Assembly (NCBI GenBank): GCA_963769425.1
Contig: CAVYLP010000003.1
Span: 160,001-224,000 of the forward strand
DNA length: 64,000 nt
DNA from: Candidatus Bathyarchaeota archaeon
GTDB lineage: Archaea; Thermoproteota; Bathyarchaeia; TCS64
Direction: 5' to 3'
Shown: positions 39,158 through 47,931 of the stretch, piece after piece
How the letters are laid out: each line of letters opens with the position of its first letter
How positions within the stretch are numbered: position 1 is the first letter of the stretch
Notes under the pieces: generated by a model
What the model was told of the DNA's origin: nothing
The model's input: the letters and a program-made list of their open reading frames with translations, nothing else
Databases searched by the model: none
Made by a program: the position numbers and the translations under genes

Positions 39158-41368
39158 ATGGTACGTTACAAGCAGACGGGCGACATCCTGAAGCTCATGC
39201 TCGACAAGGAGCACATCAGGAACATAGGCATTATCGCGCACATCGACCACGGCAAGACAACAATGAGCGACAGCCTCCTAGCGGCGGCTGGGCTCATGTC
39301 GCCGGACCGCGCAGGTGAGGCCCGCGCCCTCGACTACCTAGAGGAGGAGCAGGCGAGAGGCATCACCATCAAGACGGCAAACATCAGCCTACTGTATGAG
39401 GATGAGAAGGGTCAGCCCTACGTTATCAACCTCATCGACACCCCGGGGCACGTCGACTTCAGCGGAAAGGTCACGCGCGCCATGAGGGCGCTCGACGGAT
39501 GCATTCTGCTCGTAGACGCCGTGGAGGAGTTCCAGATCATGACCGAGGTACGCCTTAGACTAGCCCTCGACGAGGCCGTCAGGCCGGTCCTCTACATCAA
39601 CAAGTTCGACAGACTTATCAAGGAGCTCAAGATGGACGCCGAAATGGCGCAGGCGAAGATACTGCGTATCATCGGCCAGTTCAACACCATCGTCCAGACC
39701 TTTGCGTCTGACGAGTTGAAGAACGAGTGGACCGTCAACGCGGGCCTGGGCCAGGTCTGCTTCGGCTCAGCGCTCGACCGCTGGGGCTTCACACTCCCGA
39801 TGCTGCAGAAGAAGGGCATAACGTTCAAGCAACTCGTCCAGATGTATCAGGACGGGAAGCTCGCGGAGATTCAGGAGAAGCTCCCGCTGGCCGAGGCCAT
39901 GCTCAGCATGGTCACCCAGCACCTTCCCAACCCCATCGTCTCCCAGCCTAGGAGGCTCAGGACGATCTGGAAGGGTGACCCCGAGAGCCCGATGGGTAAG
40001 GCGATGTACGCCATCGATCCCAAGGGACCCACCGTAGTCTGCATCACGAACATCATCATCGACCCTCAGGCTGGAGTCGTCAGCACGGGCCGTGTATTCA
40101 GCGGCACCCTCCATAAGGGTCAGGACTTCCACCTCGTCGCCGCCAAGAAGGATCTCAAGGCGCAGCAGGTCAGCATATACATGGGCCAGTTCAGGGAGAT
40201 CGTTGAAGAGATCCCGGCTGGGAACATCTGCGCCCTCCTAGGCATAGCTGAGGGCAGGGCGGGCGAGACCCTAGTAGTGCCAGAGCTGAAGGAGGGTGCC
40301 GTCGGCTTCGAGTCGATAAAGTACGCCTCCGACCCAGTCCTCACGATCGCGGTCGAGCCCAAGAAGCCCACCGACCTACCCAGACTCATCGACGCCATGC
40401 AGAAGATGAGCATACAAGACCCCAACCTAGTCACCACAATCAACCAAGAGACAGGTGAGTACCTGCTCGCGGGTATGGGTGAACTCCACCTAGAGATCGC
40501 CCTAAAGGACCTGAAGCGCGAGTACAACCTAGACGTGACGGAGAGTGAGCCCACGGTCGTCTACCGTGAGGCCATCCGTGACAGCGTAGGCCCGTTCATG
40601 GGTAAGAGCCCCAACAAGCACAACAGGGTCTACTTCAAGTTCGCCCCCCTCGACCCGGTGATAATCGAGCTCATCCGCAACGGTGAGATCAGCGTCATCA
40701 CGAGCCAGAGGAAGATGGAGGAGATCCTCGTGCAGAAGGTCGGCTGGACCACTAAACAGGCCCGCCAGGTCTTCGCCATCAACGAGAACGCCAACATGAT
40801 GGTCGACAGCACAGTCGGCATCCAGGGCATACGCGAGGTCAAGGAGCACATCTCAGGCGGTTTCGCCTGGGCCCTACAGCAGGGCCCGCTCGCGGGCGAG
40901 ATCGTCCGCGGAATAATGGTCGACATGGTGGACGTCGCGCTCCACGAGGACCCGGTCCACAGGGGTCCGGCGCAGATGATGCCCGCGGTCAGGGGCGCAA
41001 TGTACGCTGGCATGCTCTCCGCGCGGCCGACGCTCCTTGAGCCCATCTACAAGATACAGGTCCGTGTCCCCGCCCAGTGGCTGGGAAACGTCACAGGTCT
41101 CCTCAGTAGGAAGAGGGGCAGGGTCCACGACATGGACCAGCAGGGCGCCGTAGCCGTCGTCACGGGCTTCGTCCCCGTCAGTGAGACCATCGGCTTCAGC
41201 GCCGAGATGCGCGCTGCCACGAGTGGTAGCGCCTTCTGGCAGAGCACATTCGACCACTGGGCCTCGGTCCCCGACAGCCTCCTGCTCGAGGTCGTGAAGA
41301 AGATCCGCACGAGGAAGGGCATGACGCCCGACCCGCCAACCGCGGCTGAGTTCCTAGTGAGGGAGTAA
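39158..41368 (+). CDS. fusA: Translation elongation factor aEF-2
   Basis: AHIDHGKTT, RGITI, DTPGHVDF, NKFD, GMGELHLE, SPNKHN, HEDPVHRGPAQ. Confidence 0.95.
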   Translation: MVRYKQTGDILKLMLDKEHIRNIGIIAHIDHGKTTMSDSLLAAAGLMSPDRAGEARALDYLEEEQARGITIKTANISLLYEDEKGQPYVINLIDTPGHVDFSGKVTRAMRALDGCILLVDAVEEFQIMTEVRLRLALDEAVRPVLYINKFDRLIKELKMDAEMAQAKILRIIGQFNTIVQTFASDELKNEWTVNAGLGQVCFGSALDRWGFTLPMLQKKGITFKQLVQMYQDGKLAEIQEKLPLAEAMLSMVTQHLPNPIVSQPRRLRTIWKGDPESPMGKAMYAIDPKGPTVVCITNIIIDPQAGVVSTGRVFSGTLHKGQDFHLVAAKKDLKAQQVSIYMGQFREIVEEIPAGNICALLGIAEGRAGETLVVPELKEGAVGFESIKYASDPVLTIAVEPKKPTDLPRLIDAMQKMSIQDPNLVTTINQETGEYLLAGMGELHLEIALKDLKREYNLDVTESEPTVVYREAIRDSVGPFMGKSPNKHNRVYFKFAPLDPVIIELIRNGEISVITSQRKMEEILVQKVGWTTKQARQVFAINENANMMVDSTVGIQGIREVKEHISGGFAWALQQGPLAGEIVRGIMVDMVDVALHEDPVHRGPAQMMPAVRGAMYAGMLSARPTLLEPIYKIQVRVPAQWLGNVTGLLSRKRGRVHDMDQQGAVAVVTGFVPVSETIGFSAEMRAATSGSAFWQSTFDHWASVPDSLLLEVVKKIRTRKGMTPDPPTAAEFLVRE

Positions 41369-41425
41369 TCCCTCCAACCCTTTTTTAGAGCAGAACCACA
41401 CACCTCTACCCTAGGTGGCACTGGG

Positions 41426-42806
41426 GTGAAGTTCCTCAACGAAGATCACATCATCGCCAACGGATCTGGGGTCTACTCCAAACTGCGTGGCGACGCCCTA
41501 GAGATATTGGGATCGGCACTCGACGCGGTCGATCCGAAGAAGGCCATCTATGAGCAAGGTGAAGGTTAAGGACGGCAGGCTCACCGTCGAGGGTAAGACT
41601 TATGATCTGACCCGATTCAGGCGAATCTACCTGGTGGGCGGCGGCAAGGCAGGTGGTTCAATGACGGAGGCCGTCGAGGCCCTGCTCGGGGACAGGCTCA
41701 CGGGTGGGGTAGTCAACACCCTGCAGGGTACCGAAGGAAAGTATCATGTTAACCGGGTAGAGCTAGTGGGTGCATCCCATCCAGTCCCAAACGAAGCGGG
41801 GGCACACGGTGTCGCCAAGATGCTCTCGATGGTCACGGGACTTACGAACAAGGACCTCGTCATCGTGATAATCTCCGGCGGTGGCTCCGCCCTGATGCCT
41901 AACCCCGCCGAGGGGATAACGCTCGACGACCTACAAGCGATAACAGGGAGGCTCCTGAAGAGGGGGGCAGCCATAAACGACCTCAACGCCGTCCGGAAGC
42001 ACCTCGACTCCTTCAAGGGGGGGCAGCTCGCGAAGCGATGTCAACCCGCCGAGGTTTTGAGCCTAATCCTATCGGATGTCGTCGGAGACCCTCTCGACAC
42101 AATCGCGTCGGGACCCACTGCTCCGGACTCTACCACGTGGGGAGACGCTAAGGGTGTCCTTAAGAGGTATGATTCGTGGGATGGTGCTCCCGAGCCCATT
42201 CGGAAGAGAATAGAGAAGGGGTTAGCTGGGGAGCTACCCGACACGCCGAAGGCAGATGACCCAGCTTTCTCCAAGACCCGTAATGTACTAGTCGCCAACA
42301 ACTCCTACGCGGCGGAGGCAGCGTCTAAGAAGGCGACCGAGCTCGGGTACAGCTCGATGATCCTGTCAACAATGGTCGAGGGGGAGGCACGACAAGTTGG
42401 AAGCGTCTACTCTGGAATCGCACAGGAAATTGTGAATAGAGGTAGACCGATCAGTGTCCCCGCCGCGATTATCATAGGCGGCGAGACTACGGTGGACGTT
42501 AAAGGATCAGGGAAAGGAGGGCGCAATCAGGAAGTTGCCCTCGGCGCAGTCAAGAAGATAGCCGGGACACCATGTTTGATCACATCCCTTGCCACCGACG
42601 GTTTAGACGGCCCAACCGACTCGGCGGGAGCAATAGTAGACGGATCCACCCTGGGGAGAATCGTTAAAATGAATCTCTCGATCGACGCCACCCTCCGGGA
42701 GAACGATGCCTATCACCTCTTCGAGAAGGTTGGCGACCACCTCATGACCGGCCCGACAGGGACGAACGTGAATGACCTCGCTCTTATACTCGTGGCCGGG
42801 GAGTAG
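41426..42806 (+). CDS. Glycerate 2-kinase (MOFRL family), 1-nt frameshift near 41550
   Basis: Upstream frame MKFLNEDHIIANG...ALDAVDP joins GGGKAG, SHPVP, SGGGSAL, SDVVGD, GGETTV, GGRNQE, GPTGTNVND. Confidence 0.9.
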
Positions 42807-42810
42807 CGAG

Positions 42811-43209
42811 ATGCCCACCCGAAGCGAGAGGCAGAGTGAGGCCCTGGAGAAGATGGAGGCAGTACTGAGGGGGGAGGATGAACCAATAGAGTTCATACTA
42901 GTAGAGGGGACGCGGGACGTAGAGGCACTCAGGTTCCTCGGCGTTACTGCTCCCATCGATGTCAGCTCCCACGTCAGGAGAGCAGAGCCCGCCATCGCCG
43001 ATAACATCTCAAAAAAGACCCGTAGTGTGCTCGTCCTCACCGACTTCGACGAAGCGGGGAGAACCCAGGCAAAGCGCTTGACCGAACTATTGACCGCGGA
43101 GGGGGTCCGCGTTCAGATCGAGCTGAGGAGAAAGATAGGTCGACTTATGGGCATCCTTGATCTGAAGACCATCGAATCCATCGATAATCTGGTCATGAGG
43201 AAAGATTAG
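42811..43209 (+). CDS. Small Toprim-domain protein
   Basis: ILVEGTRDVEAL, LTDFDEAG. Confidence 0.88.
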   Translation: MPTRSERQSEALEKMEAVLRGEDEPIEFILVEGTRDVEALRFLGVTAPIDVSSHVRRAEPAIADNISKKTRSVLVLTDFDEAGRTQAKRLTELLTAEGVRVQIELRRKIGRLMGILDLKTIESIDNLVMRKD

Positions 43210-43438
43210 GATGCGTTGACGGTCCATAATCTTGAAGCTTCATATTATAAAGGCGTAAAACATTTCAGGGACCGGGAAGCCCGAAACGGGGTCCTTTAAC
43301 CCCTTATGGGCGTGGAGCGTGGCCATAACCAACTTTTTCCCCGATACCATTCACCAAATGGGACAGGGTTTCCATCCATGATCGGAGTGTTGGAAACACA
43401 TAATAGTGCTCGAGAAGAAGTGTTGGGAGGCGGCGAAA

Positions 43439-44524
43439 TTGACGAAGATCGTTGTACTCTACGACACGTGGTCGAAAGCGGACGCCAAGCAGATCTGGGA
43501 GGGGATGCTGAAGGCGAGCCTCGGCCCCGACTACCCCAAGCACGAGATAATCTACCTCGAAAACCGAGCGGGGGCATTCAAGTGGTCGACGGACGTCAAG
43601 GAGAACGTGAAGGAGGCGTTCGGTGACCCGGATTTCATCAAGCAGAACATCAAGGGGGCGGAGGTCGTTCTAAGTGGCTTCGCGCCGATGACCGCCTCGG
43701 TCATGGACTCGGACCCCGCCTTGAAGGTGATAGGTATAGCCCGCGGGGGACCGGTGAACGTCGACGCTGCCGCCGCCACGAAGCGTGGAGTGATGCTCGT
43801 TGGCACGGTTGGGCGGAACGCTATCTCTGTCGCGGACCAGACGATGGGCTTCATACTCTCCGAGTCGCGCCACATCGCCCGCCACAGCATGGCACTCAAG
43901 ACCGGTACATACTTCACCGAAGTCGCGAAGATGGGCAGAAAGTACCTCGAGGGGTACGCCTTTCAGGAGCTTGAGGGCAAGACCCTCGGCCTCATAGGCT
44001 TCGGTGAGGTGGGGAGACGCGTAGCGAAGAGGGCGCACGCCTTCGACATGAAGGTACAGGTCTTCGACCCCTATATCACTGCAGAGGCGCTGATGAAGGA
44101 CGACTGTACGAAGACCGAGCTGGAGCAACTACTAAGGACATCTGACTTCATCTCGATACACGCCAAGCTGACCCCAGAAACGACCCACATGCTCAACAAG
44201 GAGCGCATCGCCATGATGAAGCCATCAGCCGTCATAGTCAACTCCGCGAGGGGAGAAATCATCGACGAGAAGGCGCTCTACGAGGCGCTCAAGGAGAAGC
44301 GGATAGCCGGCGCCGCCCTCGACGTATTCGAAGAGGATCCAGTCAAGCCCGATAACCCCCTTCTAAAGTTAGATAACGTCACCGTGACCCCACACACCGC
44401 TGGGCGATCCCCCGAGGTTGAGAGGCGCGGCTACCAGCAGGTCGCTGAGGCGACGGCAAAGTACCTCCGGGGTGAGGAGATCCGGAGGGCACAGATAGCC
44501 AACCCCAAGGTCCTGGAGCGTTAA
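43439..44524 (+). CDS. D-isomer-specific 2-hydroxyacid dehydrogenase
   Basis: RGGPVNVD, GRNA, GLIGFGEVG, NSARG, DVFEEDP, TPHTAG. Confidence 0.9.
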   Translation: MTKIVVLYDTWSKADAKQIWEGMLKASLGPDYPKHEIIYLENRAGAFKWSTDVKENVKEAFGDPDFIKQNIKGAEVVLSGFAPMTASVMDSDPALKVIGIARGGPVNVDAAAATKRGVMLVGTVGRNAISVADQTMGFILSESRHIARHSMALKTGTYFTEVAKMGRKYLEGYAFQELEGKTLGLIGFGEVGRRVAKRAHAFDMKVQVFDPYITAEALMKDDCTKTELEQLLRTSDFISIHAKLTPETTHMLNKERIAMMKPSAVIVNSARGEIIDEKALYEALKEKRIAGAALDVFEEDPVKPDNPLLKLDNVTVTPHTAGRSPEVERRGYQQVAEATAKYLRGEEIRRAQIANPKVLER

Positions 44525-44530
44525 GAATCC

Positions 44531-46018
44531 TTGCCGAGTGCCTACCTGATGGCGATCGACTGCGGCTCGGGTGGCGTGAAGTGCTTCATAGTCGACATCC
44601 AGGGTAAGATCATCTCCCAGGCGGGCGTGGAGTGGGACAGAGATGCGTGGGACACCGAGGTCGGGTGGCGATCAATAAAGAGGGCGATAAGGAAGACTCT
44701 GACCTCTTCCGGAATCCGGCCCGATCAGGTACTCGGAGTAAGCACAACGAGCATGAGGGAGGAGTTTGTACTTCTCGACAAGCATGGACGCGAGATCAAA
44801 TTCGAGGTCAAACCAGACATATACTCACACGGGGACAAACTAAACAAGAACCTCGGTGAACGCATGTACCGGACCTCGGGCCACTGGCCGGTCCCTGGAT
44901 GGATAGCCGCCGCGAAGCTCGCCTGGCTAAGGGAAAAACACCCAGAAATCATAGACAAAACCAACCTCTTCCTGATGATTAGTGATTGGGCCGGGTACAT
45001 GCTAGGTGGCGTACCGTACACAGAGGCATCGAGCGCCTGCGAGACCAGCCTATTCGACGTTACAGAGGGTGACTGGTCCTGGGATTTATTGAGTGACATT
45101 GGACTCCCCGCCGAAATCTTCCCAAAGGTCGCAAAAAATGGGGTTCAAATCTCACAGATTACAGGTAAGGCGGTTAAGGGTACATCACTCCTAGAGGGGA
45201 CGCCTGTCGTCGTGGGTGGGGCGGACACGCAGTGCGGCCTACTAGGCTGCGGCGCCATTAACAAGAGTGATGTAGTTGCCGTGGGTGGTACGACGACCCC
45301 TGTTCAGATGGTCACAGATAAGCCGGTCTTCGACGCGAAGGGCAGGACGTGGACCAACGCCCACGTCGTCGATGGAAGATGGATCATAGAGAGTAACGCC
45401 GGCCGCACCGGTTGGGTCTACAGATGGTTCAGGGACAACATCCTCTGCGAGAAGCCATCGAACAAGGTCTACGACTCGATGAACGCCCTCGCCCTCGTGT
45501 CGCCACCCGGCTCTAACGGCGTCAACGTATTCTTCGGTCCCCACATCTTCAACTCGGGCCCACCATACTGGGATGGGGACAACCTAGGCGACATCCCCGT
45601 GCCGCCGACCATCGTGGGCTCCTCTAAATTCACACGTGGAGACCTCGCGAGAGCCATCATCGAGGCGAACTGCTACGCCGTCAGGGCGAACCTTGAGCAA
45701 CTATGCGAGATAACCGGTCTTAAGGTGCAGCGGCTCGGCTTCTGCGGTGGCAACTCTAAATCCGAGCTGTGGAACGAGATACAGTCCGCGGTCATCGACA
45801 AGCCGGTTATTGTACCAAAGGAGAGGGACGCCTCCGCCGTTGGGGCGGCGATATGTGCTGCGGTAGGTGCAGGAATCTACAAGAGCATACCCGAGGCGAC
45901 CAAGGCGATGGTTCACCTCGAAGAACCCGTGCAGGCCAAGAAGGAACTCTCTTCAACCTACGACAGTCTCTATAATTCGTGGATCAAGACCCGCCACCAC
46001 CTTTCGGGGAACTTATAA
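44531..46018 (+). CDS. FGGY-family carbohydrate kinase
   Basis: AIDCGSGGVK, TSMRE, GGADTQ, GGNSKSELW, ASAVGAAICAAVGAG. Confidence 0.9.
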   Translation: MPSAYLMAIDCGSGGVKCFIVDIQGKIISQAGVEWDRDAWDTEVGWRSIKRAIRKTLTSSGIRPDQVLGVSTTSMREEFVLLDKHGREIKFEVKPDIYSHGDKLNKNLGERMYRTSGHWPVPGWIAAAKLAWLREKHPEIIDKTNLFLMISDWAGYMLGGVPYTEASSACETSLFDVTEGDWSWDLLSDIGLPAEIFPKVAKNGVQISQITGKAVKGTSLLEGTPVVVGGADTQCGLLGCGAINKSDVVAVGGTTTPVQMVTDKPVFDAKGRTWTNAHVVDGRWIIESNAGRTGWVYRWFRDNILCEKPSNKVYDSMNALALVSPPGSNGVNVFFGPHIFNSGPPYWDGDNLGDIPVPPTIVGSSKFTRGDLARAIIEANCYAVRANLEQLCEITGLKVQRLGFCGGNSKSELWNEIQSAVIDKPVIVPKERDASAVGAAICAAVGAGIYKSIPEATKAMVHLEEPVQAKKELSSTYDSLYNSWIKTRHHLSGNL

Positions 46019-46049
46019 GAGCGAAGACTCGGAATCGTATTGACCAAAG

Positions 46050-46712
46050 ATGGACCCCGTCGAAAAAGACCTTAGGGAACGCCTCGCCAAGGTGGGGCGA
46101 CAGATATTCGCGGAGGGACTGACACACGGCGCGTCAGGGAACATAAGCGCCCGCATCCCCGGCACAAACAAGTGCGTGATCAAACCATCCGGCTACAGCT
46201 TCGCAGACCTCGAGCCCCAGCACTTCATAGTCGTCGACATCGAGACGAGAAAGGTACTTGAGGGCAAGGAGAAGCCGAGCATCGAGACCCCCTTCCACAC
46301 GAGGCTCTACAAGCAATGGCCCGAGGCGGGGGGCGTCGTTCACGTTCACCCTCACTACTCGACCATACTATCCATCATAGGCACGGAGATAATACCGATG
46401 GGGATTGAGATCACAGAAGCACCGGCCCTCGCAAAGGGTATACCTGTAGCGAAGTTCGCTCCACCTGGCACAGACGAATTGGCGGACAATCTCGTTGATG
46501 CAATGAAGGATCACGTCGCCGCCCTGATGCCCCACCACGGGATAACAACAATCGGCAAGACAATTGAGGAGGCCGCGACCAACTCCCGCATGGTGGAGTT
46601 CCTCGCGAAACTCCACTACGAGGTCATGCTAGTCGGCAAGCCCCACCCACTTAGGGAGGACGTGCTGAAGGGACTCGTCGAGAGGGCGAAGCAGAAGGGG
46701 CTACTGATCTAG
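46050..46712 (+). CDS. Class II aldolase/adducin family protein (FucA-like)
   Basis: SGNISAR, KPSG, PSIETPFH, VHVH, PHHG. Confidence 0.9.
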   Translation: MDPVEKDLRERLAKVGRQIFAEGLTHGASGNISARIPGTNKCVIKPSGYSFADLEPQHFIVVDIETRKVLEGKEKPSIETPFHTRLYKQWPEAGGVVHVHPHYSTILSIIGTEIIPMGIEITEAPALAKGIPVAKFAPPGTDELADNLVDAMKDHVAALMPHHGITTIGKTIEEAATNSRMVEFLAKLHYEVMLVGKPHPLREDVLKGLVERAKQKGLLI

Positions 46713-47747
46713 CGACTTCCCGCTGTTCTCCCGCTTCTTCATATCAGAGAGCCTGTCAACCAGGCTCATTCCTGGTTGATAATCGCTCAGTGGTTTGACG
46801 TCTATTAATCCCGCCTTCTCCGCAGCATCTAGGGCAGCCTTCCCCTTCTCGGATCTGACTAGGACCGTGGACCACCCCTCGGGTGAGCCGATGTTCCCAA
46901 CGGATAAGTCCGCGAGCTCCGATGTGTAGTCTAGGCAGACTCTGCAGCAGGGGCGGGACAGTTCCTTCAGTTTCCTTATTTTGACATCGAAGGGAGCATC
47001 CTCCCCCATGCGGGCTATAAATTTTCCGCTCCTGATCTCGAACTTGCTCACCTTCTCGGGGTCGACGCCTTGCTCCCTCAGGTAGGCCATCAGTTTTTCG
47101 TAGTCGAAGGTCTCCATGCAGAACAGACCTATGGCCAACGTCTTATTCTTCTTCTGCTGCTGGCGCCGCCTCAGCGCATGGATCTGGCAGGGCGTCCCCA
47201 CGAACGAGACCCTGTCGAGACCCTCCCTCTCGGCCTTCTTGAGCGCGAGGAGCATGGGGGCTGATGTATATTTCGTGCCGGCACACCCCTTGATCGTCTC
47301 CTCATCTCTGGCGAGGACTGGCACAGGATACCAAGCCTTCTCATCATCCAACCCAGCTACAACCACGCCACTTTCTACCCCGAGTAGGCCTAGAAGCAGG
47401 GAGGTAACCGCGCCCCCATCCTGGGCTTGCCCCAAGACGTCCGATCTCAGGGACCGAACAGCATAGGCACCCAGAATAATCCCGTTCACAGACTCCCCGG
47501 AGGTTCTACTTCTCCCCAGGGCATCTTTCTCCAGCTCGCCGAAACCATGCTCCGCACGGGGGCAACTCAGGTAGCAAGTACCGCATGCGGTGCATTTTCC
47601 AGTCAGCTTCGGCACGTCATCAACTAGACTGATGGCGTCGGTAGGGCAAATCGAGACACATGAGCCGCAGGCGACGCAGCGGCCCGGGCGGATGACCTCA
47701 GCAAGGAGGTTGCCGAAGACCTTTGGTTTAGCCGACAAGCCGATCAT
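46701..47747 (-). CDS. Coenzyme F420 hydrogenase/dehydrogenase beta subunit family protein with N-terminal ferredoxin domain
   Basis: CVACGSCVSICP, CTACGTCYLSCP, QDGGAVT, VGTPCQ, GLFCME, DLSVGNIGS. Confidence 0.88.
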   Translation of the reverse strand: MIGLSAKPKVFGNLLAEVIRPGRCVACGSCVSICPTDAISLVDDVPKLTGKCTACGTCYLSCPRAEHGFGELEKDALGRSRTSGESVNGIILGAYAVRSLRSDVLGQAQDGGAVTSLLLGLLGVESGVVVAGLDDEKAWYPVPVLARDEETIKGCAGTKYTSAPMLLALKKAEREGLDRVSFVGTPCQIHALRRRQQQKKNKTLAIGLFCMETFDYEKLMAYLREQGVDPEKVSKFEIRSGKFIARMGEDAPFDVKIRKLKELSRPCCRVCLDYTSELADLSVGNIGSPEGWSTVLVRSEKGKAALDAAEKAGLIDVKPLSDYQPGMSLVDRLSDMKKRENSGKSLDQ

Positions 47748-47931
47748 ACAGTAATTACCATTTTTATTTAACTAGTTTCTGCCCGAATCGTTCCCAGAAA
47801 CGGGAAAGGCGCCGGAATAAAACCCCTCCGAAGCAGACGATCGGGTGCCGACATGTATCCCGCATAGTCAACGTTTTTATTGGTAGGGCCGTATGAGTTG
47901 AAACGCCTTCGTAAAAGATAGGTGAGACGCG

